A stretch of 64,000 bases of DNA from Acidaminococcaceae bacterium (GTDB lineage Bacteria > Bacillota > Negativicutes > Acidaminococcales > Acidaminococcaceae): positions 14,096 to 78,095 of the forward strand of contig DAIQMR010000007.1 of assembly GCA_036788835.1 (NCBI GenBank), written 5' to 3'. Under the pieces are notes generated by a model. That model did not search any database, had not been told where the DNA came from, and saw only the letters and a program-made list of their open reading frames with translations. The translations under genes were made by a program, and so were the position numbers. How positions within the stretch are numbered: position 1 is the stretch's first letter; each line of letters begins with the position of its first letter. Below are positions 50,618 to 60,345 of this stretch, piece by piece.

Positions 50618-52141
50618 TTATTGATGGATTTTCACAATAAGATTTTTCTTGAAGCTTCTCTTAAACCATTTGCTCACAATTTTCAACTGATGAAGTTCAA
50701 TAGAAGGAAGAATGGGTGAGGTTAGGTTTAAAACAGCACCTTTCTTGCCAAGACTGGCATGAACCGCTGTGAGTGCCCCGGTCTGGGAGTAGTCTAAACT
50801 TTCGGCAATGGACAAAAGCAAAGCACCCTTTCCTAAGTCGGTATATAATTTCTCCGGCAGCAGATTCTTGTAGGCTTTGGAGCGCATGTAGCTCCGGGAG
50901 ATACCATTGTGCCAGGCGGCCATAATAGCAGTGCAAATAATTTCCCAGTGAGTGAGGCCGAAAATCTTGGCATTTTCAATCATATAGCCGCTATGCCTAG
51001 CGTGGCTGTAGTAGTTAATGGTGATACCGATATCGTGAAGCAAGGCGGCGGTTTTCACCAGAGGCCGCCAGGATTTGTCCAGCTTTAGCAGCGGAGCCCA
51101 GGAATCGAATAGTTCTAGGGCGTATTTCGCCACTAAGTGATTGTGCTGAATATCGGAAGCATATAAGGTCATGGTCAGCTCTGTGCTGGTAGTGAGAATG
51201 TCTTTGGAAATAAGAGGACGATGAGTCTTCCGTGTATAGTATTCGGTGAAGAGACCTTCTCTTAGGCCGCAGCCTGACACAATGAACATTTTGGTTTTTA
51301 CCTGTTCTGCCAAGGCCCTGATAATGCCGGCACCGGCTACGATAATATCAGCACGGTCTGCAGACAGCCCGGAAATATTCTTCCTTTCTTCCATGGTTGT
51401 ATTCCGCAGGGTTTTAAAAACCAGTCGTAGGCTGGTCATGTTCATTTGGTAATTGTGAATCTTGGGAGTATAGTATTTAATCCGTTTCTGATCTATTTTC
51501 CCCACACTGCGTGCGGTACCGCCCACACCGATAATGGGCAGCCCTTCAGCTTCTTTCAGCCAGGGAACTTTATTAGTGTAAGAAGCAATAATTTTGTGCA
51601 TTCTGGTTAAGACGGCAGGGGTAATCTTATCGCCGACTTTCGCCAGGCCGGTCAGATTAACGCAACCAATGGGCAAGCTGACGGATTTAACCATCTTGCG
51701 GTTTTTCACTAAAACCAATTCTGTACTACCGCCGCCCAAGTCGAAAATCAGGGCATCTTTCACGGCTAGGGTATTGACCACCCCTAGATAACTCATATAG
51801 GCTTCTGTTTTTCCGGAAATGACTTCTACTTTCATGCCGGTTTCCATACGAATCCTGCTGGCTAGGGCCTTGCCGTTAGGGGCATTGCGAAGGGCAGCTG
51901 TACCTACGGCAATAATGGCCGTAGCGGCATACAGTTTGCACAGAGAAGCAAAATTCCGCAGACACTCTATGGTATCATTGCAGCCCTCTTCGGTAATCTC
52001 ACCTTTTTTATTAACCTTGGAAGCCAGGCGCAGGGGCTCTTTCTGGTTGTACACCAAATTGTAAGCACCGGTTTCGTACATTTCCATAACAACTAAACGT
52101 GCTGAGTTGGAACCAATATCGATAACAGCGATTCTTTGCAT
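50618..52141 (-). CDS. ppx: Ppx/GppA-family phosphatase with a C-terminal HD domain
   Basis: MQRIAVIDIGSNSARLV, DLGGGSTE and the HD region LLHDIG. The ATG at 52141 lies 9 nt after GGAG. Confidence 0.88.
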   Translation of the reverse strand: MQRIAVIDIGSNSARLVVMEMYETGAYNLVYNQKEPLRLASKVNKKGEITEEGCNDTIECLRNFASLCKLYAATAIIAVGTAALRNAPNGKALASRIRMETGMKVEVISGKTEAYMSYLGVVNTLAVKDALIFDLGGGSTELVLVKNRKMVKSVSLPIGCVNLTGLAKVGDKITPAVLTRMHKIIASYTNKVPWLKEAEGLPIIGVGGTARSVGKIDQKRIKYYTPKIHNYQMNMTSLRLVFKTLRNTTMEERKNISGLSADRADIIVAGAGIIRALAEQVKTKMFIVSGCGLREGLFTEYYTRKTHRPLISKDILTTSTELTMTLYASDIQHNHLVAKYALELFDSWAPLLKLDKSWRPLVKTAALLHDIGITINYYSHARHSGYMIENAKIFGLTHWEIICTAIMAAWHNGISRSYMRSKAYKNLLPEKLYTDLGKGALLLSIAESLDYSQTGALTAVHASLGKKGAVLNLTSPILPSIELHQLKIVSKWFKRSFKKNLIVKIHQ

Positions 52142-52332
52142 TTTTTCTCGCTCCATAATTCCGAAATTCAAATCACTCTATACGAACTCACATCATTATA
52201 TATAGTTTACTCTATTTTGGCAAAAATTTCTCTAATTAATTCCCATTATTGTAAATTTTGCGTTAAAATAGGTATAATAAAGGTACTTTTTGCAGAAAAT
52301 TTGTTAGAATAATAGTGTTGGGAGGGAAAGTC

Positions 52333-53883
52333 ATGACCAAGAAAAAAATAGCAACTTTTGCGGCTATACATTTGGGCTCAGAACTTATCAGCCTGAAAAT
52401 AATTGAATATACTGATCTGGATAAAATCAAGGTTTTGGAAGAAGCCACGCAAAGGGTGCGCTTGGGAGAAGAGACTTTTAAAAGCGGTAAAATCTCCTTT
52501 AGTACGATTCTGACTATCTGCGAAATTCTGAAGGGGTACAAACGCCTTATGGCCGAATACGGAGTTACTAAATACGTGCTCCAGGCTACCACCGCCGTTC
52601 GGGAAGCATCCAATCAGATATTTTTCTTGAACCAGATTCAGGTGAAAACCGGGTTTAAAATCGACGTAGTGGATATGCCCCGGGAAATATATACTAAATT
52701 TACTACGGTTATCCGTACTCTGGGTCTTTATGAGAAAAGCGCTGCAGGAAAGGGCATCCTCTATTTGGACATTTCTTCCGGGGGCTTAGGCATTGTGTAT
52801 TTCAAAGATGGTGCCATTAAGTATCAGCAGAATCTCCACATTGGTATAGTACGCATAAAAGAAGCCTTTGACCGGAATCAGCGCTCCAGCATGAATTTCA
52901 GCAAGGCTTTGGAAGAATACATTGCCAGTAGTATCGGTCCCGTGAAAGAAGATATGAGACGTGAGCAGGTGGATTATCTGGTTCTTACCGGTTCCGAAAC
53001 CCAGTTGATTTTAAAAATGATTGATAAAACCTATTGCCCGAATAAAGTAGCAAAACTGGAAGCAGTCAAATTCTCCGCTTTTTACAACAGAGTGCGGAAG
53101 CTGAATATTACTCAGCTAATGAAGGTCTATAATATTGATGAAGAATCGGCGGAAATGGTTTTGCCCACAATTATTCTTTATCAGCAGCTCCTTAGCATTA
53201 CACCAGCGGAAAATATCGTAGTGCCGCCGGATAGGTTTATAGACGGCATGAAGGTGCTCTATGTTGCCAGTGCCAAAAACAAAAAGTTCATTAATAAATT
53301 GACGGAAATGCGGTTGTCCCTGGTTCGCAGTATTGGGGAGCGTTATCACTATGATGCCAAACACGCTCAGGCTGTGGAAAAATTCGCCCTGATGATTTTT
53401 GATGCAGTGAAAGAAACACAGGGACTGGACGAACAGGCCAGGCTTTTGCTGCAAGTGGCCAGCAATCTTATTGACATAGGCAAGTATGTCTGTCTCAGGT
53501 CCCACACAATCTATAGCTATCGGCTGATTAATTCCATTGATATTCTGGGTTTCAGCATGACAGACAAGCGGATTATTTCTCTGGTGACTTATTATCAAGG
53601 CGGTTCATTAAGCGAGCATAGAGCCGTGGACAGGCCTTTTGTGGAAAAAGAGTATTTGTCACTGGTAGCCAAGCTGGCGGCCATCCTAAGGCTGGCAGAT
53701 GCTATGGACCGTAGCTATAAACAGAAGATCAGTAGTTGCAGAGTGGAAATCAACGGCAATACCTTAATGGTAAAGGTAAAAAGTAAAGAAGACCTTTCCC
53801 TGGAGGAATGGAATTTTGGCAACAAGGGCAATTTATTCGAAGAGGCCTTTGGCTTGATGCCTGTCATAGAAAGAGGGTCATGA
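52333..53883 (+). CDS. ppx: Second Ppx/GppA-family phosphatase with an HD-like C-terminal domain
   Basis: IATFAAIHLGSELISLKI, DISSGGLG and a C-terminal helical domain with NLIDIGKY. It is divergent from the first ppx and upstream of ppk. Confidence 0.8.
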   Translation: MTKKKIATFAAIHLGSELISLKIIEYTDLDKIKVLEEATQRVRLGEETFKSGKISFSTILTICEILKGYKRLMAEYGVTKYVLQATTAVREASNQIFFLNQIQVKTGFKIDVVDMPREIYTKFTTVIRTLGLYEKSAAGKGILYLDISSGGLGIVYFKDGAIKYQQNLHIGIVRIKEAFDRNQRSSMNFSKALEEYIASSIGPVKEDMRREQVDYLVLTGSETQLILKMIDKTYCPNKVAKLEAVKFSAFYNRVRKLNITQLMKVYNIDEESAEMVLPTIILYQQLLSITPAENIVVPPDRFIDGMKVLYVASAKNKKFINKLTEMRLSLVRSIGERYHYDAKHAQAVEKFALMIFDAVKETQGLDEQARLLLQVASNLIDIGKYVCLRSHTIYSYRLINSIDILGFSMTDKRIISLVTYYQGGSLSEHRAVDRPFVEKEYLSLVAKLAAILRLADAMDRSYKQKISSCRVEINGNTLMVKVKSKEDLSLEEWNFGNKGNLFEEAFGLMPVIERGS

Positions 53884-53890
53884 AAAAACG

Positions 53891-55996
53891 ATGAAAGCTG
53901 ATTTGGCGAATCCCGAATATTTTTTTAATAGAGAACTTAGTTGGCTGAAATTTAATCTGCGTGTACTTCAGGAAGCGGGGGTCAGGAATATACCCCTGTT
54001 GGAAAGAATGCGCTTTGTGGCTATCAGTGCTTCCAATCTGGATGAATTTTTCATGGTACGGGTGGCCGGTCTCTGGAGCCAGTTCGAAGGCGGCGTAAAT
54101 AAAACAGATGCGGCAGGACTGTCGGTGGAAGACCAGCTCCGGGAAATATCCAAGGCTGCTCATACCCAAATGAAATTAAAGTACCGCTATTTCTTCACGT
54201 TGCTTAATGAACTGGAAAAGTACGGGGTCACATTCAAACGGGTGCGCTCCGTAGACAAGAAGAGCAAGGAATGGCTGGAGAATTACTATCGGGACTATGT
54301 TTATCCTGTGCTGACACCCATGGCAGTAGATGCTTCCCGTCCTTTCCCTTTCCTGGCAAATAAGTCCCTGAATCTGGCGGTAGAACTTAACAATAAAGAT
54401 AAGGAGCATTGCATGGCCTTCGTGCAGGTTCCCTCCCTGTTGCCCAGAATTATTGCTGTAGAGGCAGATACAGCCGGTCACACTTTTGTGTTTTTGGAAG
54501 ATTTAATCTATGAACATTGCAAAGACCTTTTCACCGGCAGCGAGATACTGGACATCGTGCCTTTCCGGATTACCAGAGATTCTGATTTGGATGTGGACGA
54601 AGAGGAAACGGAAGACTTATTAAAAGAAATCGAAAAATCCCTGCGGAAGCGGAAGAGGGGCGCTGCGGTGCGCCTGGAAATTTGCCCCACGGAAAACAAA
54701 TTGCTTAAGGATTTTCTCATTGAAAATCTGAATCTGTCCCCCACGGAAGTTTACGAAATCAAGGGACCTTTGGATTTGACTTTTTTATTTAAATTTTTTG
54801 ATTATCCGGGCATGGAAAAATGGCAGTACAAGCCCTTTGTGCCGGCTCGTCCGGCGGAACTTCCCACTATGGACAATCTCTTTGAGCAAATAAAGGAGCA
54901 TGATATTCTTTTGCACCACCCCTATGAAAGCTTTGACCCTATTGTCAAATTAGTCAGTGATGCGGCAGCAGACCCTAAAGTCCTGGCCATTAAGGCTACT
55001 TTGTACAGAGTCAGCGGTAATTCACCTATAGTAGGAGCCCTGGCCCGTGCTGCGGAAAATGGCAAACAGGTTACGGCCTTGGTGGAATTAAAAGCCAGAT
55101 TTGACGAGGAGAATAATATTGTCTGGGCCAGACGGCTGGAAAAGGCCGGCTGTCACGTAATCTATGGCTTGGTGGGACTCAAGACACACTCCAAGATTAT
55201 TCTGATTGTGCGGAAAGAGAGCAGCGGGATTAAGAGATATGTTCACTTGGGCACAGGAAACTATAACGATAAAACCGCCAAGCTCTATACAGATATCGGC
55301 CTTATGACTGCCAACGATGAATTTGGCAGGGATGCCTCAGCCTTCTTTAACCTGCTCAGCGGCTATTCTCAGCCACCCGTATGGAATAAATTGGTTATGG
55401 CACCTTTGGGCCTCAGAGATAAATTCTATGCCCTGATTGACAACGAAATCGCCAAGGCCAAGGCAGGTAAGGAGGCACATATTATCGCTAAAATGAACTC
55501 CCTAATCGACCAACCCATGATGCAAAAGCTTTACACAGCGTCTATGGCCGGCGTGAGAATCGAGCTCATCGTCAGAGGGATTTGCGGGCTCAGGCCTGGG
55601 CTGAAGGGTGTCAGCGAGAATATTACGGTTCGGTCGATTATTGGCAGGTTTTTGGAACACAGCAGAATTTTTTATTTTGCCAATGGTGGTCAGGAAGAGG
55701 TCTACCTGTCCAGCGCCGACTGGATGCCTAGGAATCTTAACGACAGAGTGGAGCTCTTGTTCCCGGTGGAGAGTGCCGGACATAAACAAAAAATTAAGCA
55801 CATTCTGGAATTGTGCCTGACGGATAACGTGGGGACTCATATTATGTTAGCCAACGGGGGCTATAGAAGAGCCAGCGGCCGGGATAAAAGGCCCATTAGC
55901 GTACAAGAGATACTAGCCAAAGAAGCAAGAGAAGCAGCCAAAGTGGAAAAGCTGCCTATTGAACAAAGATTGCAACCAATCTATCGCAAGGATTGA
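53891..55996 (+). CDS. ppk1: Polyphosphate kinase 1
   Basis: 701 aa with FFNRELSWLKFNLRVLQEA, the autophosphorylation region LKTHSKIILIVR and PLD-like HKxxxxD-type repeats. Confidence 0.95.
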   Translation: MKADLANPEYFFNRELSWLKFNLRVLQEAGVRNIPLLERMRFVAISASNLDEFFMVRVAGLWSQFEGGVNKTDAAGLSVEDQLREISKAAHTQMKLKYRYFFTLLNELEKYGVTFKRVRSVDKKSKEWLENYYRDYVYPVLTPMAVDASRPFPFLANKSLNLAVELNNKDKEHCMAFVQVPSLLPRIIAVEADTAGHTFVFLEDLIYEHCKDLFTGSEILDIVPFRITRDSDLDVDEEETEDLLKEIEKSLRKRKRGAAVRLEICPTENKLLKDFLIENLNLSPTEVYEIKGPLDLTFLFKFFDYPGMEKWQYKPFVPARPAELPTMDNLFEQIKEHDILLHHPYESFDPIVKLVSDAAADPKVLAIKATLYRVSGNSPIVGALARAAENGKQVTALVELKARFDEENNIVWARRLEKAGCHVIYGLVGLKTHSKIILIVRKESSGIKRYVHLGTGNYNDKTAKLYTDIGLMTANDEFGRDASAFFNLLSGYSQPPVWNKLVMAPLGLRDKFYALIDNEIAKAKAGKEAHIIAKMNSLIDQPMMQKLYTASMAGVRIELIVRGICGLRPGLKGVSENITVRSIIGRFLEHSRIFYFANGGQEEVYLSSADWMPRNLNDRVELLFPVESAGHKQKIKHILELCLTDNVGTHIMLANGGYRRASGRDKRPISVQEILAKEAREAAKVEKLPIEQRLQPIYRKD

Positions 55997-56048
55997 AACT
56001 TTGTGTTATAATATACCTCGTGAGCCAAGATATTTGCAGGAGGTTTGT

Positions 56049-56357
56049 ATGGCTAAAAATAATTTCACCATTAACTACAACGGCAATTATGGTGTAGTTT
56101 GTTATGATGACGAAACAAAAGAAATCACGGCACAGATTCCGGATAACGATGCCGTGGCACAAAAAGTTGTGGAATTCCTTTCTGTGCCTCATACTATGGA
56201 GATTCCTAAAAATGAGTTTTTGAAGGAATTTCAAACGATAACCATTAATGCCAAGGACAGTTTGGGAGATTTCAAGCAAACTCTTACTCGTCTCTGGGTA
56301 AATACAGGTGTATTGGTGGAGTGGAGTATGCCTCCCTTTGCCATGGACAGTTTGTAG
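56049..56357 (+). CDS. Hypothetical 102-aa protein
   Basis: It has the strong RBS aggagg 6 nt upstream of ATG 56049 and an extended -10 tgtTATAAT at 56004-56012. I recognise no motif. Confidence 0.55.
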   Translation: MAKNNFTINYNGNYGVVCYDDETKEITAQIPDNDAVAQKVVEFLSVPHTMEIPKNEFLKEFQTITINAKDSLGDFKQTLTRLWVNTGVLVEWSMPPFAMDSL

Positions 56358-56374
56358 AAGAATTATGCACAATT

Positions 56375-56670
56375 TTATCAACAGGAACGCTTGTTTTGTG
56401 GATTAAATAAGACAAAAGTCCTAAAATATAGCTTTTAAACATATTGCCTGTGGATAAGTTTTATAAGCTAAAAATTTGTTTGTGCACTGGACGCAAATTG
56501 TCAGAAATGTTTAGAAAATACGACAAAAGACCTAGGCCACAAGCGGTTCGCCATCATGTACCCACGAAACAACGAAACAAAGCCATTTGTTACAAAATTG
56601 TAAATTAGTGATAAATAAAACCATTAAGATAACAGTTTATCCACAAGCAAAAATTTCAGCCTGTGGATAA
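56375..56670. promoter_or_regulatory. DnaA-box cluster upstream of tRNA-Arg
   Basis: Boxes TTATCaACA 56375-56383, TGTGGATtA 56397-56405, TGTGGATAA 56449-56457, TTATCCACA 56637-56645 and TGTGGATAA 56662-56670. Confidence 0.6.
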
Positions 56671-56684
56671 GTCTTTGATATTTT

Positions 56685-56761
56685 GGTTCCGTAGCTCAGC
56701 TGGATAGAGCGACCGCCTCCTAAGCGGTAGGTCGGCAGTTCGAATCTGCCCGGGATCACCA
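56685..56761 (+). tRNA. tRNA-Arg (anticodon CCU)
   Basis: Acceptor ggttccg/cgggatc, D-arm gctc-agctggata-gagc, anticodon stem accgc/gcggt with loop ctCCTaa, T-arm ggcag-ttcgaat-ctgcc and an encoded CCA. Confidence 0.92.
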
Positions 56762-56769
56762 GAAAACAT

Positions 56770-56803
56770 GCGCCTCTAGGAGAAATCCTAAAGGCGCTTT
56801 TTT
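56770..56803 (+). terminator. Intrinsic terminator after tRNA-Arg
   Basis: gcgcctctagga-gaaa-tcctaaaggcgc followed by tttttt. Confidence 0.85.
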
Positions 56804-56891
56804 AGTTGGTGTGGCATTCTTGTGGCGATGGTGTTGCAAATAAACTGATAAAATGATAAAATATCAGTGTGAAAGCAACGGAGGTAGTATC

Positions 56892-57491
56892 ATGGATTAT
56901 GAGGAGCAAATCAGAAAACATCTCAAAGAGCATGGCGGTATAATCACAGCAGCATTTTGCCGGGAAAATAATATTCCAACAATATACCTGAGCCGGCTTA
57001 CAACGGCAGGAGTGTTGTCGAGAGTAGAAAAAGGAATTTATTTGACTAAGGACGGAGATTTTGACGAGTATTATTTTTTTCAATATAGATATAGCAAAAC
57101 AATATACTCCTACGAAACTGCAATGTATCTTCTTGGCATCACAGATAAGATTGTACAAAAAATGGATGTAACGGTTAGTTCTGATTATAAGATTAATGCT
57201 GCCAAGCTAAATATTAATGCTCACTACGTTAAAAAATCTATGCTAAATGTTGGCGTGATCAATGTAAAAACCATGTTCGGTAATGTAGTAAGGGCATATT
57301 CTTATGAACGGCTTATTTGTGATTTTATTGCTCATAGAAAAGCGATGGATTCTGAGACATATGGAAAGCTGCTACGTTCTTATGTAAAGTATAAAAACAG
57401 GGATATTAAGGAACTATATAAAATTGCAAGGGCAATAGGGATGGAGGGCAAAGTACACGACGTATTGGAGGTAATATATGAACAAGGATAA
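56892..57491 (+). CDS. abiEi: AbiEi-family antitoxin / transcriptional regulator (type IV TA)
   Basis: 199 aa with the N-terminal wHTH-like GGIITAAFCRENNIPTIYLSRLTTAGVLSRVEKGIYL. It overlaps the downstream AbiEii gene by 14 nt. Confidence 0.75.
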   Translation: MDYEEQIRKHLKEHGGIITAAFCRENNIPTIYLSRLTTAGVLSRVEKGIYLTKDGDFDEYYFFQYRYSKTIYSYETAMYLLGITDKIVQKMDVTVSSDYKINAAKLNINAHYVKKSMLNVGVINVKTMFGNVVRAYSYERLICDFIAHRKAMDSETYGKLLRSYVKYKNRDIKELYKIARAIGMEGKVHDVLEVIYEQG

Positions 57492-58332
57492 GTTGACAGC
57501 AATATGCCACAAAGTAAGAAGTAAAACCGGTTTGCCATTCAATTCTGTTTTAATTTATTTTTTCATGGAAAGCATTTTAAAACGTTTGGCCAAAAGCAAA
57601 TACGGAGAAAAATTTGTTTTCAAGGGAGGGTTCCTGCTTTCCAATATTGTAGGACTTAATACAAGAAGTACAGTTGATATTGATTTGCTTTTGAAAAACG
57701 AAATGCTTTCAGAAGAAAATGTCAGAAAAATATTTAGCGAAATTTTGACGAATAATCATGGTGATGGAATTGCATATTCAATACAAAGTGTTGATCCCAT
57801 ACGTGAAGAAGATCCATATGGTGGTTTTAGAGTTGCAATTTTGTGTAAACTGGATAACATAAGGCAGGTGGTGCCGTTAGATATTGCCACAGGAGATATT
57901 ATTACGCCGGGGCCAATGACCTATAAATATACCAGCGTATTTTTCAATGAAGAATTTGTTGTTAAGGCTTATACCTTGGAGACAATATTGGCAGAGAAAT
58001 TGCAAACTCTTTATGTGAGAAATTTCTTAAATAGCAGGAGCAAGGATTTTTATGACTTTTATATAATTTGTAAAATGCAGAAAGAACATCTGGATCAAAG
58101 GCTGTTGCTTAAAGCTTGTGAGAATACCTTTAGATATAGAGGCACAGAATTCAATTTGCCTGAAATAGAAAATTTGCTTTTGCAATTAAAAGGCAACGAG
58201 TCATTTGCTGTACGGTGGAATGCTTATGCAAAGAAAAATTCGTATGTAGGGATAATTTCGTTTAATGATACGGTAGAAGAAATCTTGAAATTAGTGCACA
58301 ATATGCAGAGAAATGATATGAGGAAGAGTTAG
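57478..58332 (+). CDS. abiEii: AbiEii/AbiGii-family nucleotidyltransferase toxin (DUF1814)
   Basis: 284 aa with FVFKGGFLLS...RSTVDIDLL (the NTase G-G / DxD region) and a later LAEKL helix. Confidence 0.8.
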   Translation: MNKDKLTAICHKVRSKTGLPFNSVLIYFFMESILKRLAKSKYGEKFVFKGGFLLSNIVGLNTRSTVDIDLLLKNEMLSEENVRKIFSEILTNNHGDGIAYSIQSVDPIREEDPYGGFRVAILCKLDNIRQVVPLDIATGDIITPGPMTYKYTSVFFNEEFVVKAYTLETILAEKLQTLYVRNFLNSRSKDFYDFYIICKMQKEHLDQRLLLKACENTFRYRGTEFNLPEIENLLLQLKGNESFAVRWNAYAKKNSYVGIISFNDTVEEILKLVHNMQRNDMRKS

Positions 58333-58346
58333 TATTAGCGGATGCA

Positions 58347-58658
58347 TTAATACTTTGAACCTCCCACGACTAAAGTCGCGGGAGGTTCAAGTAATAGGAC
58401 AAAAGTATTGTTTTTGTGGAAAAAATAAAAAATTCTATTATTGCCGGGACGTAATTCCCAAATATCTTCTTCCAGATGTTTTGTGATTTTATCCGGCAAT
58501 AAAGTTCCGTTATCTTGAAGAAGTTGGATATAAAGAGTTATTTGTTTATATTGAATGCGGGCATCTTTACTGGTCTTAGATTTTAAACGGAGTTTTTCCA
58601 TAAAATCCCATAGTTCGGATTGGTCGGGAAATTTTTCGTAGAATATGACTATGTACAT
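58347..58658 (-). pseudogene. Truncated HigB/Gp49-like (RelE/ParE superfamily) toxin remnant without an antitoxin
   Basis: The EDIWELRPGNNRIFYFFHKNNTFVLL core is present. The C-terminus is replaced by the read-through EPPATLVVGGSKY, which is encoded by a hairpin element. There is no HTH antitoxin ORF downstream. Confidence 0.55.
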
Positions 58659-58745
58659 TACTAGGGCACCAAACCCTTCAATATTGAGTTGTAATTATGA
58701 TAGCATAAATGCTATCAGACGTCAAGGCTGGCTATATTATTGAGA

Positions 58746-58789
58746 AAGCGGAGGTCGGCAGTTCGAATCTGCCCGGGATCACCAGAAAA
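58746..58789 (+). repeat. Direct repeat 2: copy of the tRNA-Arg 3' end (att-like)
   Basis: aagcgg-aggtcggcagttcgaatctgcccgggatcaccagaaaa. The 38-nt core is identical to 56729-56766. Confidence 0.9.
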
Positions 58790-58887
58790 TACGCGCCGTG
58801 CCTCAATTGAGACACGGTGTTTTCATATAATAAAATAGCTTGATTTTCACCATATAATCTAATATAATGCGAGTATGAGGTGAAAAT

Positions 58888-59475
58888 ATGCTTAAAACTA
58901 CGGCTATGATTTTAGACGAATTGAAAGAATATGCGAGTCCGGCTGATAAGTTGACCAGAAAGGTCAAGGCAGGGATGTACATTTCCGTTGTCAAAGGATT
59001 GTATGAAACGGACAAAACAACATCGGGCTATTTATTGGCGGGCAGTATTTATGGGCCGTCTTATTTGTCTTTTGAATTTGCCTTGGCGTATTATGGCTTG
59101 ATACCGGAAGCAGTGTATTCTTTTACCTCAGCAACATTTGAGAAGAAGAAAAAGAAATCATATAACACGCCTTTTGGTTTTTTTACTTATCGGGATATTC
59201 CGTCAGCGGCATATCCATACGGTGTGCAATTAAAAGACGAGGGAGAGTACTCCTATTTAATTGCGTGTCCGGAGAAGGCTTTATGCGACCAGCTGTATAA
59301 AAGCAGGAGAATTAGGAATTATCAGGAATTGTGCAGTCTGCTGTTTGATGACTTGCGGATTGACGAACAAGAATTAGCAAAACTTAATCAAGAAGATATT
59401 GCTTTTTTGGCAACTAAATATAGCAGTATAAATGTGAAGAAATTCAGCGGTTGGCTGAAAAAGGAGAGAAGATGA
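58888..59475 (+). CDS. abiEi: AbiEi-family antitoxin-like protein
   Basis: 195 aa with LTRKVKAGMYISVVKGLYE and YGPSYLSFEFALAYYGLIPEAV, typical of AbiEi-type proteins. Its stop codon overlaps the start of the next gene (ATGA). Confidence 0.65.
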   Translation: MLKTTAMILDELKEYASPADKLTRKVKAGMYISVVKGLYETDKTTSGYLLAGSIYGPSYLSFEFALAYYGLIPEAVYSFTSATFEKKKKKSYNTPFGFFTYRDIPSAAYPYGVQLKDEGEYSYLIACPEKALCDQLYKSRRIRNYQELCSLLFDDLRIDEQELAKLNQEDIAFLATKYSSINVKKFSGWLKKERR

Positions 59476-60338
59476 ATACTACAGTGGAAGCAATGGTCAA
59501 AGCATATAATCCAATAACATCCTACGCTAAGAAAAATACCATGAAAGAAATTATGCAGGAGATCGTTCTGTGCGGATTGAGCAGGTCAGGATTTTTTAAA
59601 GAGGCGGCATTTTACGGTGGTACAGCTTTGCGGATATTTTATGGGCTAGATAGATTCTCCGAAGATTTGGATTTCTCTCTAATGCAGAAGCAATCGGATT
59701 TTGCAATGACAGAATATTTTCCTACTTTGGAACGAGAAGTGCGGTCCTTTGGTCTAAATGTGCAAATAGATAAAAGGGAAAAAACAGTTGAGTCCAATAT
59801 CCAATCGGCATTTTTAAAGGGTAATACCAAAGAACATTTGTTACTCTTTTATCCGGAAGATGCGGACTTAACAAACGTTCCGGCCAATGAAATCATAAAA
59901 ATAAAATTTGAAGTAGATGTCAATCCTCCTGAATATGCGGGATTCGAGAAAAAATATCGGCTTAGACCCATGCCCTACGAAGTGAATATGTATGATGAGG
60001 CGTCTTTATTTGCAGGAAAAATTCATGCTGTTTTGGGAAGAAGTTGGAAGAACAGGGCCAAAGGTAGAGATATCTACGATTATATTTTCTATCTTTCCAA
60101 AAACGCCAAGGTCAATTTAAAACATTTACAAGCCAGACTAATTCAATCAGGACATTTAGGAGTAGATAAAGAATTTTCCATAGATATCCTGAAAAAACAG
60201 TTGCGAAATAGGTTTGCCGGCATAGATTATGCACAAGCGAAAGCAGATGTGCTTCCCTTTATCCAAAACGCAGAGGTACTGAATGTCTGGAATGCAGCGT
60301 TCTTCACGCAAATAACAGAAGAATTGAAGGAAGAGTAA
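59472..60338 (+). CDS. abiEii: AbiEii/AbiGii-family nucleotidyltransferase toxin
   Basis: 288 aa with FYGGTALRIFYGLDRFSEDLDFS. RBS aaggag lies 5 nt upstream. Confidence 0.8.
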   Translation: MNTTVEAMVKAYNPITSYAKKNTMKEIMQEIVLCGLSRSGFFKEAAFYGGTALRIFYGLDRFSEDLDFSLMQKQSDFAMTEYFPTLEREVRSFGLNVQIDKREKTVESNIQSAFLKGNTKEHLLLFYPEDADLTNVPANEIIKIKFEVDVNPPEYAGFEKKYRLRPMPYEVNMYDEASLFAGKIHAVLGRSWKNRAKGRDIYDYIFYLSKNAKVNLKHLQARLIQSGHLGVDKEFSIDILKKQLRNRFAGIDYAQAKADVLPFIQNAEVLNVWNAAFFTQITEELKEE

Positions 60339-60345
60339 GATGTAA

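Larger units (their letters stand above)
56762..58789 (+). mobile_element. tRNA-Arg-anchored cassette A (no integrase): AbiE pair plus a toxin remnant
   Basis: It is bounded by the tRNA 3' end (38-mer at 56729-56766) and an identical 38-mer at 58752-58789. Confidence 0.65.
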
